Assembly: GCA_965226885.1 (NCBI GenBank)
Contig: CBDDEL010000015.1
Location: forward strand, 352,001 to 416,000
From: Opitutales bacterium
GTDB taxonomy: Bacteria; Verrucomicrobiota; Verrucomicrobiia; Opitutales; UBA2987
Length of the DNA stretch: 64,000 bases
Direction: 5' to 3'
Shown: in pieces, positions 50,245 to 59,240 of the stretch
How the letters are laid out: every line of letters starts with the position of its first letter
Position numbering within the stretch: the stretch's first letter is position 1
Translations under genes and position numbers: made by a program
The notes under the pieces: generated by a model
The model's input: only the letters and a program-made list of their open reading frames with translations
The model's database searches: none
Told to the model about the DNA's origin: nothing

Positions 50245-51332
50245 TTGACAGTGTCCAGATTATTCGGCCGCACCTACTCCAAGCAGCAACTCCGAGACCG
50301 TACGGGTGACATGAGCCAACTGGCCGGCGCCCGCTACGCTCACCTTGTCGAAGGCAATGAGCGCGGCGCCGACCTCATCGAAGTCTTCAACGCATCAGGT
50401 CTGTGCTTCTCGGTGCTGCCCGGCCGCTCCCTGGACATCGCTTCAGCCCACTTCAAGGGCATGTCCCTGTGCTTCCGCGGCAATACCGGCGACGTCGGCC
50501 CGGCCTTCTACGAACCCCAGCGCGCCGGCTGGATGCGCGGCTTCTTCGGCGGCCTGGTCACCAGCTGCGGCCTGATTTTTGTCGGGCACCCGGAGACAGA
50601 CCCCGAGGAGGAGAATGAGGAGCTTGGCCTGCACGGCCGTCTCTCCTTCATCGCGGCCAAAGGTGTCGTTGCCGATTGCGATTGGCAACACGAGGAATAT
50701 GTTGTAAAGGTCCGTGGCCGCATACGCGAAGCCGTCGCATTGCATTCGGCACGGACTTGGAACTCAGGCGCGAGATCAGCACCGTCCTGGGAGAGAAATG
50801 CCTACGCATTCACGACCGCGTCGAAAACCTGGGCGCCGACCGCTCGCCTTTGATGTTCGTCTACCACAGCAATCCCGGCTTTCCGCTTTTGGACGCCGGT
50901 GCGCGCCTCGTGCTGCACAGCCGCTTGAGCACCGCGAGGAGCGACGGCCGGCAAGTCCTTCCCGAGGAATATACCATAGCCAAAGGACCGCGGAAGAAAA
51001 TGCGCGACGATGTCTATCTGCACCGCCCCATGGCCGATAAAGACGGCAATGTGCATGTCGGCCTGATCAACGATAAGCTGGCCTTGGGCCTCTATTGGAA
51101 GTTCCCCATCGCCGAGCTCCCCATCCTCAACCACTGGCAGCACTTCCACCGGGGCACCTACGTCACAGGCATCGAGCCGGGCAACACCTCAGTGCTGGGG
51201 CGGAAGTGGAACCGTGAGCATGGCACCCTGCAGTACATCGGACCGGGCGAAATACGGCATTTCCACTTGGAAATCGGAGTCCTTGAGGGCAAGAAGGAGA
51301 TCGCCAATTTCGAGCGTATGGTGGCGCCCTAA
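50245..51332 (+). pseudogene. Aldose 1-epimerase-like (DUF4432) protein, frameshifted
   Basis: VLPGRSLDI, GLVTSCGL, LHGR in the first frame; DRVEN..YHSNPG..YVTGIEPG in the second; 5-bp duplication gcatt 50737-50746 at the switch. Confidence 0.85.
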
Positions 51333-51464
51333 ACCGGATTCGAGCGCGTCCGGTTCCCTTTGTTGTGCAATAAAGAGAATCTCCCCGGGAACATTAAAAA
51401 ATAGAATATGCACTTACACCCGCACGATTTCGTTGTCATCACCCTCTACTTTGGCGGCCTCTTA

Positions 51465-52595
51465 TACCAAATCGCAAAAGGATTGATAAAGATTAAAAAA
51501 CAGCTATAAAGGCGGAATGAGAAGATATATGGGAACCGATGAAGACCGTGAACGTATCAAGAAATTGCTCAACAAAGAGGCTGTCGGCTGGCGTAAAGAG
51601 CGTTTGGTGGCATTAAAAATGGGCTTCCAGCCGCACCACAGCATTGATGAAATTGGAGCCATCGTGGGCCGAGGCAAAGCGACGATCCAGCGTTGGTTTG
51701 ACAAATATCGTGCTGCAGGGCTCGGGGCGGTGCTTACACGCGCCTACAAAGGCGGGATCAAAAGCCGTTGCGACAAAGAGGTGGAGGCCTTCTTGCTCAA
51801 TGGTTTGAAGGTCGCGCGCTGGAACACAGCCGTTCAGGCGGGGCAAGAGCTGGAGCGACATTTCGGGCGCTCCTTCGCCTACAAGACGGTGTGGCGATGG
51901 CTAAAAAAATGCGCCGGGGTGCTTCGAGTCCCTCGCCCCGTGCATGAGAAACGGGACTCGGCAAAAGCGGAAGCGTTCAAGCGAGACTTTTTTAAGATCC
52001 TCCAGGAGCTTTCCCTCACCCGAGGCAATCGGGTTCGGGTGTGGTTTGCCGATGAAAGCCGTTTTGGTTTGCTTCCGGTGTACCGCCGGTGCTGGACGCA
52101 AAGAGGGCTTCGGCCGCACAAAAAATATCAGACAAGATACCAGTGGAGCTACTGTTACGGAGCCCTCGACGTGGTCAACGGCGAGATGGTATGCATCCAA
52201 ACCCCTAGCACGAATCTACAGTGGACGGAGGCTTTCCTCCAACAGATCAAAAAGCAATATCCTGAGGAGGAACATGTGGTTGTATGGGACGGGGCAGGCT
52301 TCCATCCGCACGACTCGGAGCACCCCAACGTCCCCCCGGGCATACATATCGTGAATTTGCCGCCGTATAGTCCTGAACTCAACCCGATTGAAAGACTTTG
52401 GGATATGATACAGGATCAAACGGCCAACAAACTGTGGCCGAGCATTGAGCGACTCGAAGAAGTCGTCGCAACCCATCTCAAAGACTGGTGGGAGGACACT
52501 GAAAAAGTCCTCTCTTTAGTTGGCGGAGGCTGGCAGCACATTCAAGCAAACGCTTCTGCCAAATAACTTATTATCATACCTAATGAGATTTGGTA
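51465..52595 (+). mobile_element. IS630-family insertion sequence, complete (1131 bp)
   Basis: IRs TACCAAATCGCAAAAGGATTGATAA / TACCAAATCTCATTAGGTATGATAA (20/25); TTA on both flanks (51462-51464, 52596-52598). Confidence 0.93.
51517..52566 (+). CDS. IS630-family transposase
   Basis: N-terminal HTH; WFADESRFG, VWDGAGFH, LPPYSPELNPIERLW (DDE). Confidence 0.95.
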   Translation: MRRYMGTDEDRERIKKLLNKEAVGWRKERLVALKMGFQPHHSIDEIGAIVGRGKATIQRWFDKYRAAGLGAVLTRAYKGGIKSRCDKEVEAFLLNGLKVARWNTAVQAGQELERHFGRSFAYKTVWRWLKKCAGVLRVPRPVHEKRDSAKAEAFKRDFFKILQELSLTRGNRVRVWFADESRFGLLPVYRRCWTQRGLRPHKKYQTRYQWSYCYGALDVVNGEMVCIQTPSTNLQWTEAFLQQIKKQYPEEEHVVVWDGAGFHPHDSEHPNVPPGIHIVNLPPYSPELNPIERLWDMIQDQTANKLWPSIERLEEVVATHLKDWWEDTEKVLSLVGGGWQHIQANASAK

Positions 52596-54173
52596 TTAGG
52601 GATCGGGTTTTTCTTCGCGGGCCGCCAGAGGGACAAGGAATCCTACTTCCTCGGCAACCGGAAGATGCCCTGGTTTCTGGTCGGAATCAGCGTCATAGCA
52701 ACGATTCTCTCGACCGCGAGTTACGTGGCTGTACCCGGAGAAATGATCCGATATGGTGTCGGATTTTCAGCCTCCCTTCTGGCCTTCATCCTTATTATTC
52801 CGTTTGTGAACCGGATCATCATTCCATTTCTCATGAATTTGTCCGTCACGAGCGTTTACGAGTATATCGAAGAGCGCTTCAGTTTGCCGACCCGCATCCT
52901 CGCCGCTTCGTCCTTTATATTTGCCCGTCTCATCTGGAGCGGCCTGATCATCTACATGGCTTCCTTCGCCATTGCGGCCATGACCGGCTGGAACAAACCC
53001 CTGGTTATCCTGTTCATCGGTCTCATCACGACGGTTTACACCTCCGCGGGTGGAATCACTGCGGTCATATGGAGTGATTTCGCGCTGTTTGTCATCCTGT
53101 TGGGCGGGGCTATATTCGTGCCGGGATACATCGCCATCGCCACCGACGCGGGTCCCCTCGCCTGGTGGGAAACCTTTTCCGCGGCAGGCAGAACCGAGGT
53201 GCCTGTATTCAGCCTCGACCCTGGGGTGCGGCTGACCATGGTGGGAATGATCGTCTCCAGTTTTATTTGGAACATCTGCACTCATGGGGCTGACCAAATA
53301 GCCGCCCAACGCTACCTGAGCACCCCCTCCGTTGCAGCCGCCCGCCGCTCGGTCTGGATTTTTTCCATCGCAAGCGTAGGCATGATTTTGCTTCTGATGC
53401 TTGTTGGGTTGGCCCTTTCTTTCTTTTTCTTCGAGCAATCCGATCTCACGGTCCAGGAATTCCAGGAAAGTATCGCTCCTCAAGCGGACCAGATGTTTCC
53501 CCGGTTCATCGCAAACCAGCTTCCTCCGGGAGTGTCCGGATTGATCCTGGCCGCCCTTCTCGCCGCCGCCATGTCCAGCCTGAGTTCGGCTATCAATTCC
53601 ATTTCCACGGTGGCGGTTACCGATTTCCTGGATCGCTTCAAAGTTCTTCAGAAATACCAGGACCACCTCTACCTCGCTGTCGGCATGGCGGTTTTAACCG
53701 GGCTGCTCGGGGTAATTTCCGCTTTAACCATAAACCAGTTCATGGAAACGTCGGAATGGAATCTCCTTGAACTGATGCAACGCCTCGACCACCTCTTCGT
53801 CGCCCCGTTGGGGGTTCTCTTTTTTGTGGGCTTTCTTTTTCCCCGGGCCGATACGCGGGCCGCCCTCACCGGGTTCATCGCCGGTGTGGCCACCAGTGTA
53901 TCCATCGCTTTCAGCAAGTCGCTTTTCGGCCTGGAACAACCAATCGGGTTCATCTGGGTCATTCCTGGATCCTTTTTCATAAGCTTTGTTGTCTCCTGGT
54001 TGATGAGCCAGTTCTTACCCAGAAAATCACTCACTCCCTGAATCTATACTTCCATTCTTCCCGTTCACGGTATTGAATTTCCTCTCAACCACACCAAGCT
54101 GGAGGGCCGCTGGGCAGAAGGCGGTGCCAAGTTCATGGATATCGGACAGAATTCTAAAGAGAGGTGATTTCGG

Positions 54174-55220
54174 ATGGAATACCGCAGAATGGGATCGAGC
54201 GGCTTGAAGGTGTCTGAGTTCTGTCTTGGGACCATGACCTTCGGGTATAGCGTGAACGAAGTGGAGGCTCGTCGCATGGTGGACCTGGCGATGGATGCGG
54301 GGGTGAATTTTTTCGATACCGCAAATGCCTACAACGACGGAGAGTCTGAGATCATTTTGGGTAAGGCCCTCAAGGGCCGGCGGCGTGACGCGGTAGTCGC
54401 CACCAAGGTTTTCAACCCTGTCGGTCCCGGGCCCAACGATTCGGGGGTGTCGCGGTTGCATATTATCAATGCGATCGAAGACAGCCTGCGGCGCCTCGAT
54501 ATGGACTACGTGGATCTATTTTATGTCCACCACGTGGACGTTCAGACACCGCTGGAAGAGATGCTCAGGGCGTTGGACGATCTGGTGCACCAAGGCAAGG
54601 TGCGGTATATCGGCTGCAGCAATTATCAGGCGTGGCGCCTCTGCGAGGCGCTCTGGATCAGCGAAACGAAGAATCTAGCCCGCTTTGCTTGCTATCAGCC
54701 TCAATACAGCTTGGTGGTGCGGGATATCGATCAGGAATTGATGCCGCTGTGCCGCGAGAAGGGGCTGGGGGTTGCGGTGTGGAGCCCGCTGGCCGGAGGG
54801 TTCCTTGCAGGCGGATACAACCCGGGGGAACGTTCCGTGCCGGGCACACGGTCGGCGGACGACTGGGGAATCCCGAAGGATTTTTTTGCGCCGAATGCGG
54901 ATGAGTCGCTGCGGGTGCTTCTGGAGGTGGCCGAGGGGCTGCACCCCGCTCACGTGGCGATCCGCTGGGTGCTGGAGCAACCCGGGATTACATCGGCGAT
55001 TGTCGGCGCCCGTAACGCGGAGCAGTTGAGGAATAATCTGGGCGCGTGCGGCTGGAGGCTTGAGGAGGAGGTGCTCAACCGGCTGAATGAGGTTTCTCGT
55101 CTGCCGGACCGTTACCCGGAGTCAATGGAGAGAGATATGCGCGAACGGCGCGATCAGGCAGTGGTTGGCGGCATCCAACCTCTGTCGCCCGACACGCGGA
55201 CCGCGGGACCGGAAAAGTAG
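54174..55220 (+). CDS. Aldo/keto reductase
   Basis: GLKVSEFCLGTMTFG, FDTANAY, VATK, SLRRLDMDYVDL, GKVRYIGCSN, WSPLAGG. Confidence 0.93.
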   Translation: MEYRRMGSSGLKVSEFCLGTMTFGYSVNEVEARRMVDLAMDAGVNFFDTANAYNDGESEIILGKALKGRRRDAVVATKVFNPVGPGPNDSGVSRLHIINAIEDSLRRLDMDYVDLFYVHHVDVQTPLEEMLRALDDLVHQGKVRYIGCSNYQAWRLCEALWISETKNLARFACYQPQYSLVVRDIDQELMPLCREKGLGVAVWSPLAGGFLAGGYNPGERSVPGTRSADDWGIPKDFFAPNADESLRVLLEVAEGLHPAHVAIRWVLEQPGITSAIVGARNAEQLRNNLGACGWRLEEEVLNRLNEVSRLPDRYPESMERDMRERRDQAVVGGIQPLSPDTRTAGPEK

Positions 55221-55339
55221 CAATTGTGTTCCCGACCGGCAAAGCCCTCTCCACCGTGTGCGCCGATGCCGACGATACGCTGGGCAGTCATGATGTGGGA
55301 GCAGAATCGGGAGCAACACACTGACCCCTGCTTTCACCC

Positions 55340-56275
55340 TCACTCTGAGTATGGATAGAGCGCGTCGGCGTCTTTTTTCAGGACGCGCCGAATCGCCTTC
55401 TGGCAGGATTGAGTGAGTGGGTAGTTGAGGTGATTTTTCCAGGTGCGGAAAATGCCCATTTCTACCAGAAGATGTTTTTCTCCCGAGAGCCAGCAGGCGC
55501 ATTTTTGGCCGCCGTATACGTCAAACATGATGCGGTTCATGCGGGCCTGGAGCTGTTTGGCAAGAGCGATGTTCTTCTGCGACACTGCGGTGATGATCTG
55601 CAAAGCGAGATATCCGTTGAAAACTCCGCCACCCAGTAGCAGCCCGTTATAACCTGCGACGAGATATTCAACACAGTTAAACTCGTCTCCGCTGAGCAGG
55701 CATAGGTCGGGACGTTTTTTTCGGGCCGCCAGAGCGATGCGCCGGCGCTCAGGGTTGGCGGAACTGTCTTTCACAAGAACCACTTTCGGTTCGGCGTAGG
55801 CGGCTTTAATGACCTGATCGGGAATGATCACGGACCCTGCGAGGCCCCGGTCGTAGATGCCTACCGGCAGAGGGCAGCTTCGGATGGTTTCCAGGTAGAG
55901 GTCGCGCAAGTTCTGTGGCGTGGTGTTGAACCGAAAGTAGGGCGGAGCAATAACCGCGATGTCGGCACCGTCTTCTTTTGCGGCCCGCATATTCTCCCGC
56001 ATGCGTTGGGCAGAATTATCGGTGACCTGTACGGCAATGGGCAATTTGCCTTTTGCGTATTTTGCAACCGTCTGGATAAGAATCCGGCGATCGACATCGG
56101 TCATCCAGGGGCCTTCGCCATTGGTGCCGGCAAGAAAAAGACCTTTGATACCCAGCCGGATTTGGTGGTCTACCATCCGTCTTACGGCGACCCTGTCGAT
56201 GGACATTCTACCCGTGAAGGGTGTCGGCGATGCAGACCAGACGCCGGAGAAATTCATCTTTGATTGGAGAGGCAT
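55340..56275 (-). CDS. Dihydrodipicolinate synthase family protein
   Basis: SPTPF, LAGTNGEG, APPYF, GIYD, VKDSS, GDE. Confidence 0.88.
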   Translation of the reverse strand: MPLQSKMNFSGVWSASPTPFTGRMSIDRVAVRRMVDHQIRLGIKGLFLAGTNGEGPWMTDVDRRILIQTVAKYAKGKLPIAVQVTDNSAQRMRENMRAAKEDGADIAVIAPPYFRFNTTPQNLRDLYLETIRSCPLPVGIYDRGLAGSVIIPDQVIKAAYAEPKVVLVKDSSANPERRRIALAARKKRPDLCLLSGDEFNCVEYLVAGYNGLLLGGGVFNGYLALQIITAVSQKNIALAKQLQARMNRIMFDVYGGQKCACWLSGEKHLLVEMGIFRTWKNHLNYPLTQSCQKAIRRVLKKDADALYPYSE

Positions 56276-56299
56276 GATGATTAACCTATCTTAGTTCTC

Positions 56300-56396
56300 C
56301 AATTCGTAAATACGTTGATGTATGTGGGAGCGGGCGCTTTTGGCGCTGCCCAGCATCCAAAATCGCCTCGACATACATCATCGCATTTACAAATTG
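56300..56396. repeat. 97-bp inverted-repeat element (REPIN/MITE-like)
   Basis: Arms 56300-56325 and 56371-56396 match at 23/26 and enclose GTGGGAGCGGGC..GCCC. Confidence 0.6.
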
Positions 56397-56523
56397 ATTA
56401 CTTCATTCTCTATCCACCGTTAACACGTTACAAACATTTCCTGATCCCTTTTCCAATCGTTCGCCATCCCTGCCTTTAAGTCGTAATATCCGCCAATAGC
56501 CACCCACAGACTCATTCATAATC

Positions 56524-59187
56524 GTGAATATTATCAGCGCGATAATAAAAACCGCTTTCGAAATGAACGATGGCCCGCCCGGTCGCGACCATCATCGGAT
56601 GTCTGCTCGGTATTCAACGCCTGTATCGGCGATGTCCTGCCGCATTGCGCTTGCCTGTGGGTTGTTGATCATCGGCGCCGCTCGTGGCGAACCGGGGCGG
56701 GGGCAGTCGACTCTAGTAGAATGGAATCTTGAAGCGCCATTCCCCTACGTTCATGGAGGGACCAGAACCTGGCCCATTTTTCGCGGGCTGTTGCCTGAAG
56801 GAACCGGTATTACCCTGACCGCGCGGCACGATGATGAGCTGCTGGGCGAGGGAGAAGTGTTACATTTCTCCGGTTTTCGCATTTCGATCAACCAACAGGA
56901 TCATCTTCAGGTGACTTCGGAGCAGGCCAGTCCGATGATGTCGTTCGAACTGGAGGTCGCACTAAGTTGGCCAGACGGCGCCTCTGAGTCGCAAAAACTG
57001 GAGGTGCGCCCAGCGCCGCCGAATCGGCCCATTTCCTACGTGGCCGATTTCATAGACGACATTATCAGTATCTTCCAGACTTCGAATGGCATGGGATTCC
57101 GCAATATCGAAAAGAGTGCTTTTGATCAATACTTTCGGCGGTTGCAGGCACAAGGAATTACCCGCCTTATCGTCTGGCTGTTTCCATTTCCCTTTATAGT
57201 CGATCCGGGAAATTACCCGGTTGAGGATTGGGACCGCTATGAAAAGCAGGCCCGCGCGATCCTCGAAAGCAAAGAGCTTACCAAAGCATTTCAAGAGCAT
57301 GGGAAATCCGTCAGCTGGGTGTGGATAAGGAAGCAACTCGAGCTGCGCCTCATGAAAAACTTCGGTGCCCTGCTGTCTGATAGCGCCATCGACCACGGTA
57401 TCTCCCTGACAGTTAGCTTTCGGCCGTTTGAAGCCGCAGTCACCAAATTCATCAATCCGGTCCCCGTTTTTGACAGCGACGGGAGATTTCTCTGGAATTT
57501 CCTGCCTATTGCGACCCCGATCGTCAACTACCACCCGGATCAAGCTTGCTTTGCCCACTACCGTACCATCCTGGGCGAAATGGGATTGTCGGATTTCGGA
57601 AAAATCGATACTATCGAAATACCAGGAGTGCAAAATGCTGATGCTTTTCTGAAACGATTTCTTGCCCAGCGAGATAATCTGAAAATACTGGCAAGTGAAT
57701 TCGCTCCCCTGCGCGAAGATACCTTTGTCCTGCGCCGCCGTCAGGACGGTTCTTTCGAGACTCTTCGCTTTCGTGAAATCCAACCCGAGGTCGAAAAAGC
57801 CCTTCATGTCGTAACCGGCTACAATATAGAACCTGCTGAAAACGACAGTCTAAGAATCACCGGCTTGGATGTTCCCAATCACTGCGGATTTATACTTCTC
57901 ACGAATCCTGCCGAGGTCCCGGAGGCGCTCGATCTTTCAGCGCGCGAACCTGTCAGGTTGTATTCCAAGACCGGTACGCGCCTGGGCCGTAAAAACGTCT
58001 GGTGGGTCCTGAACGACAGCACCGAGCAGCGCAGGAAAACGCTAGTTGCGGGTATCTCTCCTGAAAACGGGGATAATACCGATTTTTTTACTACCGAGCG
58101 CAGTTTGGAGTTCCTAAGGGCCGGGCCGGGCCGGCTGCAGTTGATCGACAACATCCTCGTGATCGATCGCGGGGCGCCGTGGTCGGTGGAAATGATGGAT
58201 TTTAACCAGGCGCCCATGAGGCAAAACGTCGTGAGAGAGTTGAGAACCGTGCTTTCATATCCGGCTTTCGACGAAATCTTCATCAACACCCGGTCTCATA
58301 CCCAGTTGGCCGGTTATATGGGCGATGGCGAGCTGGGCATTCGGCCCGGCGCCTGGTATCGCGACAAAAATATGAACTACAAACACCTTGGAATCGATCT
58401 GGCGTACGCGCCCCGTACCGTAGCACGGGCGGCTCGATTTCGAAAGCTGGCATCCGATCCCAGCACCGTCGAACAGATTACGACGAACCAGGCTGGGGAA
58501 TGGAATGAGACCTGCCAATCGCCCGATTCACCTTATTGCTGGCGTTACACCCGCAATCAGGAGATCGCCCAAGGCGTGCGGAAATTGCTTGTCGACCTTC
58601 AACAGACCTTTCCCGGCGTGCGGATCCGCGCGGTTATACCCGAACGCGAGCGTGTTTTTCACGCCGTCAAAGAGGAAGTCGCTAAAGATAGTTTGGTAGA
58701 GGACGCCGAGCAAAACGTTGCTACCTATGGCCAACTCTACGGCTTGGACTGGTACCACAACTTCTGGCGCAGAACGAATCACATTCCATCTCTTTGTGAA
58801 GGCATGGCGCTGTTGGACCTCACGGGGCTTTCGGTTGAACCGGTGTTTCTGGGCATCCGCCACTTGCCGGCGCAACGGCCTCTTGATTTCTATCTACGAG
58901 AGTGCATCAAGGATATGACAGATAATCATGGCTCAGACTTTCAGGGGCCCCGCAGCTTTTTCTATGAAACCAACCCCACTTTCAGCTTCGAGCCGGCAGC
59001 GCAGGCCCGACGTCGCCGAGAACAAATCGTCTGCTATCTGTTGTCTCATAAGCGAGATATTAACGAAGTGATTCTCTACGAAGCCGCGACTTTGGTGTGG
59101 CACCTGGATATTTCCGACCCTGATCTCTACGGCCACGGTTTTCTGGACCATGCTGATGAGATACTCAGCGAACTTGACATACCGTAG
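56524..59187 (+). CDS. Large secreted hypothetical protein (start probably further downstream)
   Basis: 887-aa ORF; signal-like IALACGLLIIGAARG; no family recognised. Confidence 0.75.
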   Translation: MNIISAIIKTAFEMNDGPPGRDHHRMSARYSTPVSAMSCRIALACGLLIIGAARGEPGRGQSTLVEWNLEAPFPYVHGGTRTWPIFRGLLPEGTGITLTARHDDELLGEGEVLHFSGFRISINQQDHLQVTSEQASPMMSFELEVALSWPDGASESQKLEVRPAPPNRPISYVADFIDDIISIFQTSNGMGFRNIEKSAFDQYFRRLQAQGITRLIVWLFPFPFIVDPGNYPVEDWDRYEKQARAILESKELTKAFQEHGKSVSWVWIRKQLELRLMKNFGALLSDSAIDHGISLTVSFRPFEAAVTKFINPVPVFDSDGRFLWNFLPIATPIVNYHPDQACFAHYRTILGEMGLSDFGKIDTIEIPGVQNADAFLKRFLAQRDNLKILASEFAPLREDTFVLRRRQDGSFETLRFREIQPEVEKALHVVTGYNIEPAENDSLRITGLDVPNHCGFILLTNPAEVPEALDLSAREPVRLYSKTGTRLGRKNVWWVLNDSTEQRRKTLVAGISPENGDNTDFFTTERSLEFLRAGPGRLQLIDNILVIDRGAPWSVEMMDFNQAPMRQNVVRELRTVLSYPAFDEIFINTRSHTQLAGYMGDGELGIRPGAWYRDKNMNYKHLGIDLAYAPRTVARAARFRKLASDPSTVEQITTNQAGEWNETCQSPDSPYCWRYTRNQEIAQGVRKLLVDLQQTFPGVRIRAVIPERERVFHAVKEEVAKDSLVEDAEQNVATYGQLYGLDWYHNFWRRTNHIPSLCEGMALLDLTGLSVEPVFLGIRHLPAQRPLDFYLRECIKDMTDNHGSDFQGPRSFFYETNPTFSFEPAAQARRRREQIVCYLLSHKRDINEVILYEAATLVWHLDISDPDLYGHGFLDHADEILSELDIP

Positions 59188-59240
59188 GGAATGGAAATTT
59201 ATCTTGCCCCAGGCATTGATCTTCCAATCAACTATCAAGA

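Larger units (their letters stand above)
51408..54041 (+). pseudogene. Second SSS transporter, interrupted after codon 19 by IS630
   Basis: MHLHPHDFVVITLYFGGLL at 51408-51464 matches the N-terminus of the 45756 paralog and continues GIGFFFAGRQ from 52599 in an open frame to 54041. Confidence 0.9.

Noticed and set aside
3071..51332. Programmed ribosomal frameshifting for the split genes
   Set aside because: In the dehydrogenase, Gfo/Idh/MocA, sulfatase, Adc-like and epimerase genes the frame switch coincides with an exact duplication; I saw no slippery heptamer with downstream structure there
51332..51365. Hairpin aaccgga..tccggtt after the DUF4432 gene as a terminator
   Set aside because: Large loop and weak U tract; not enough support
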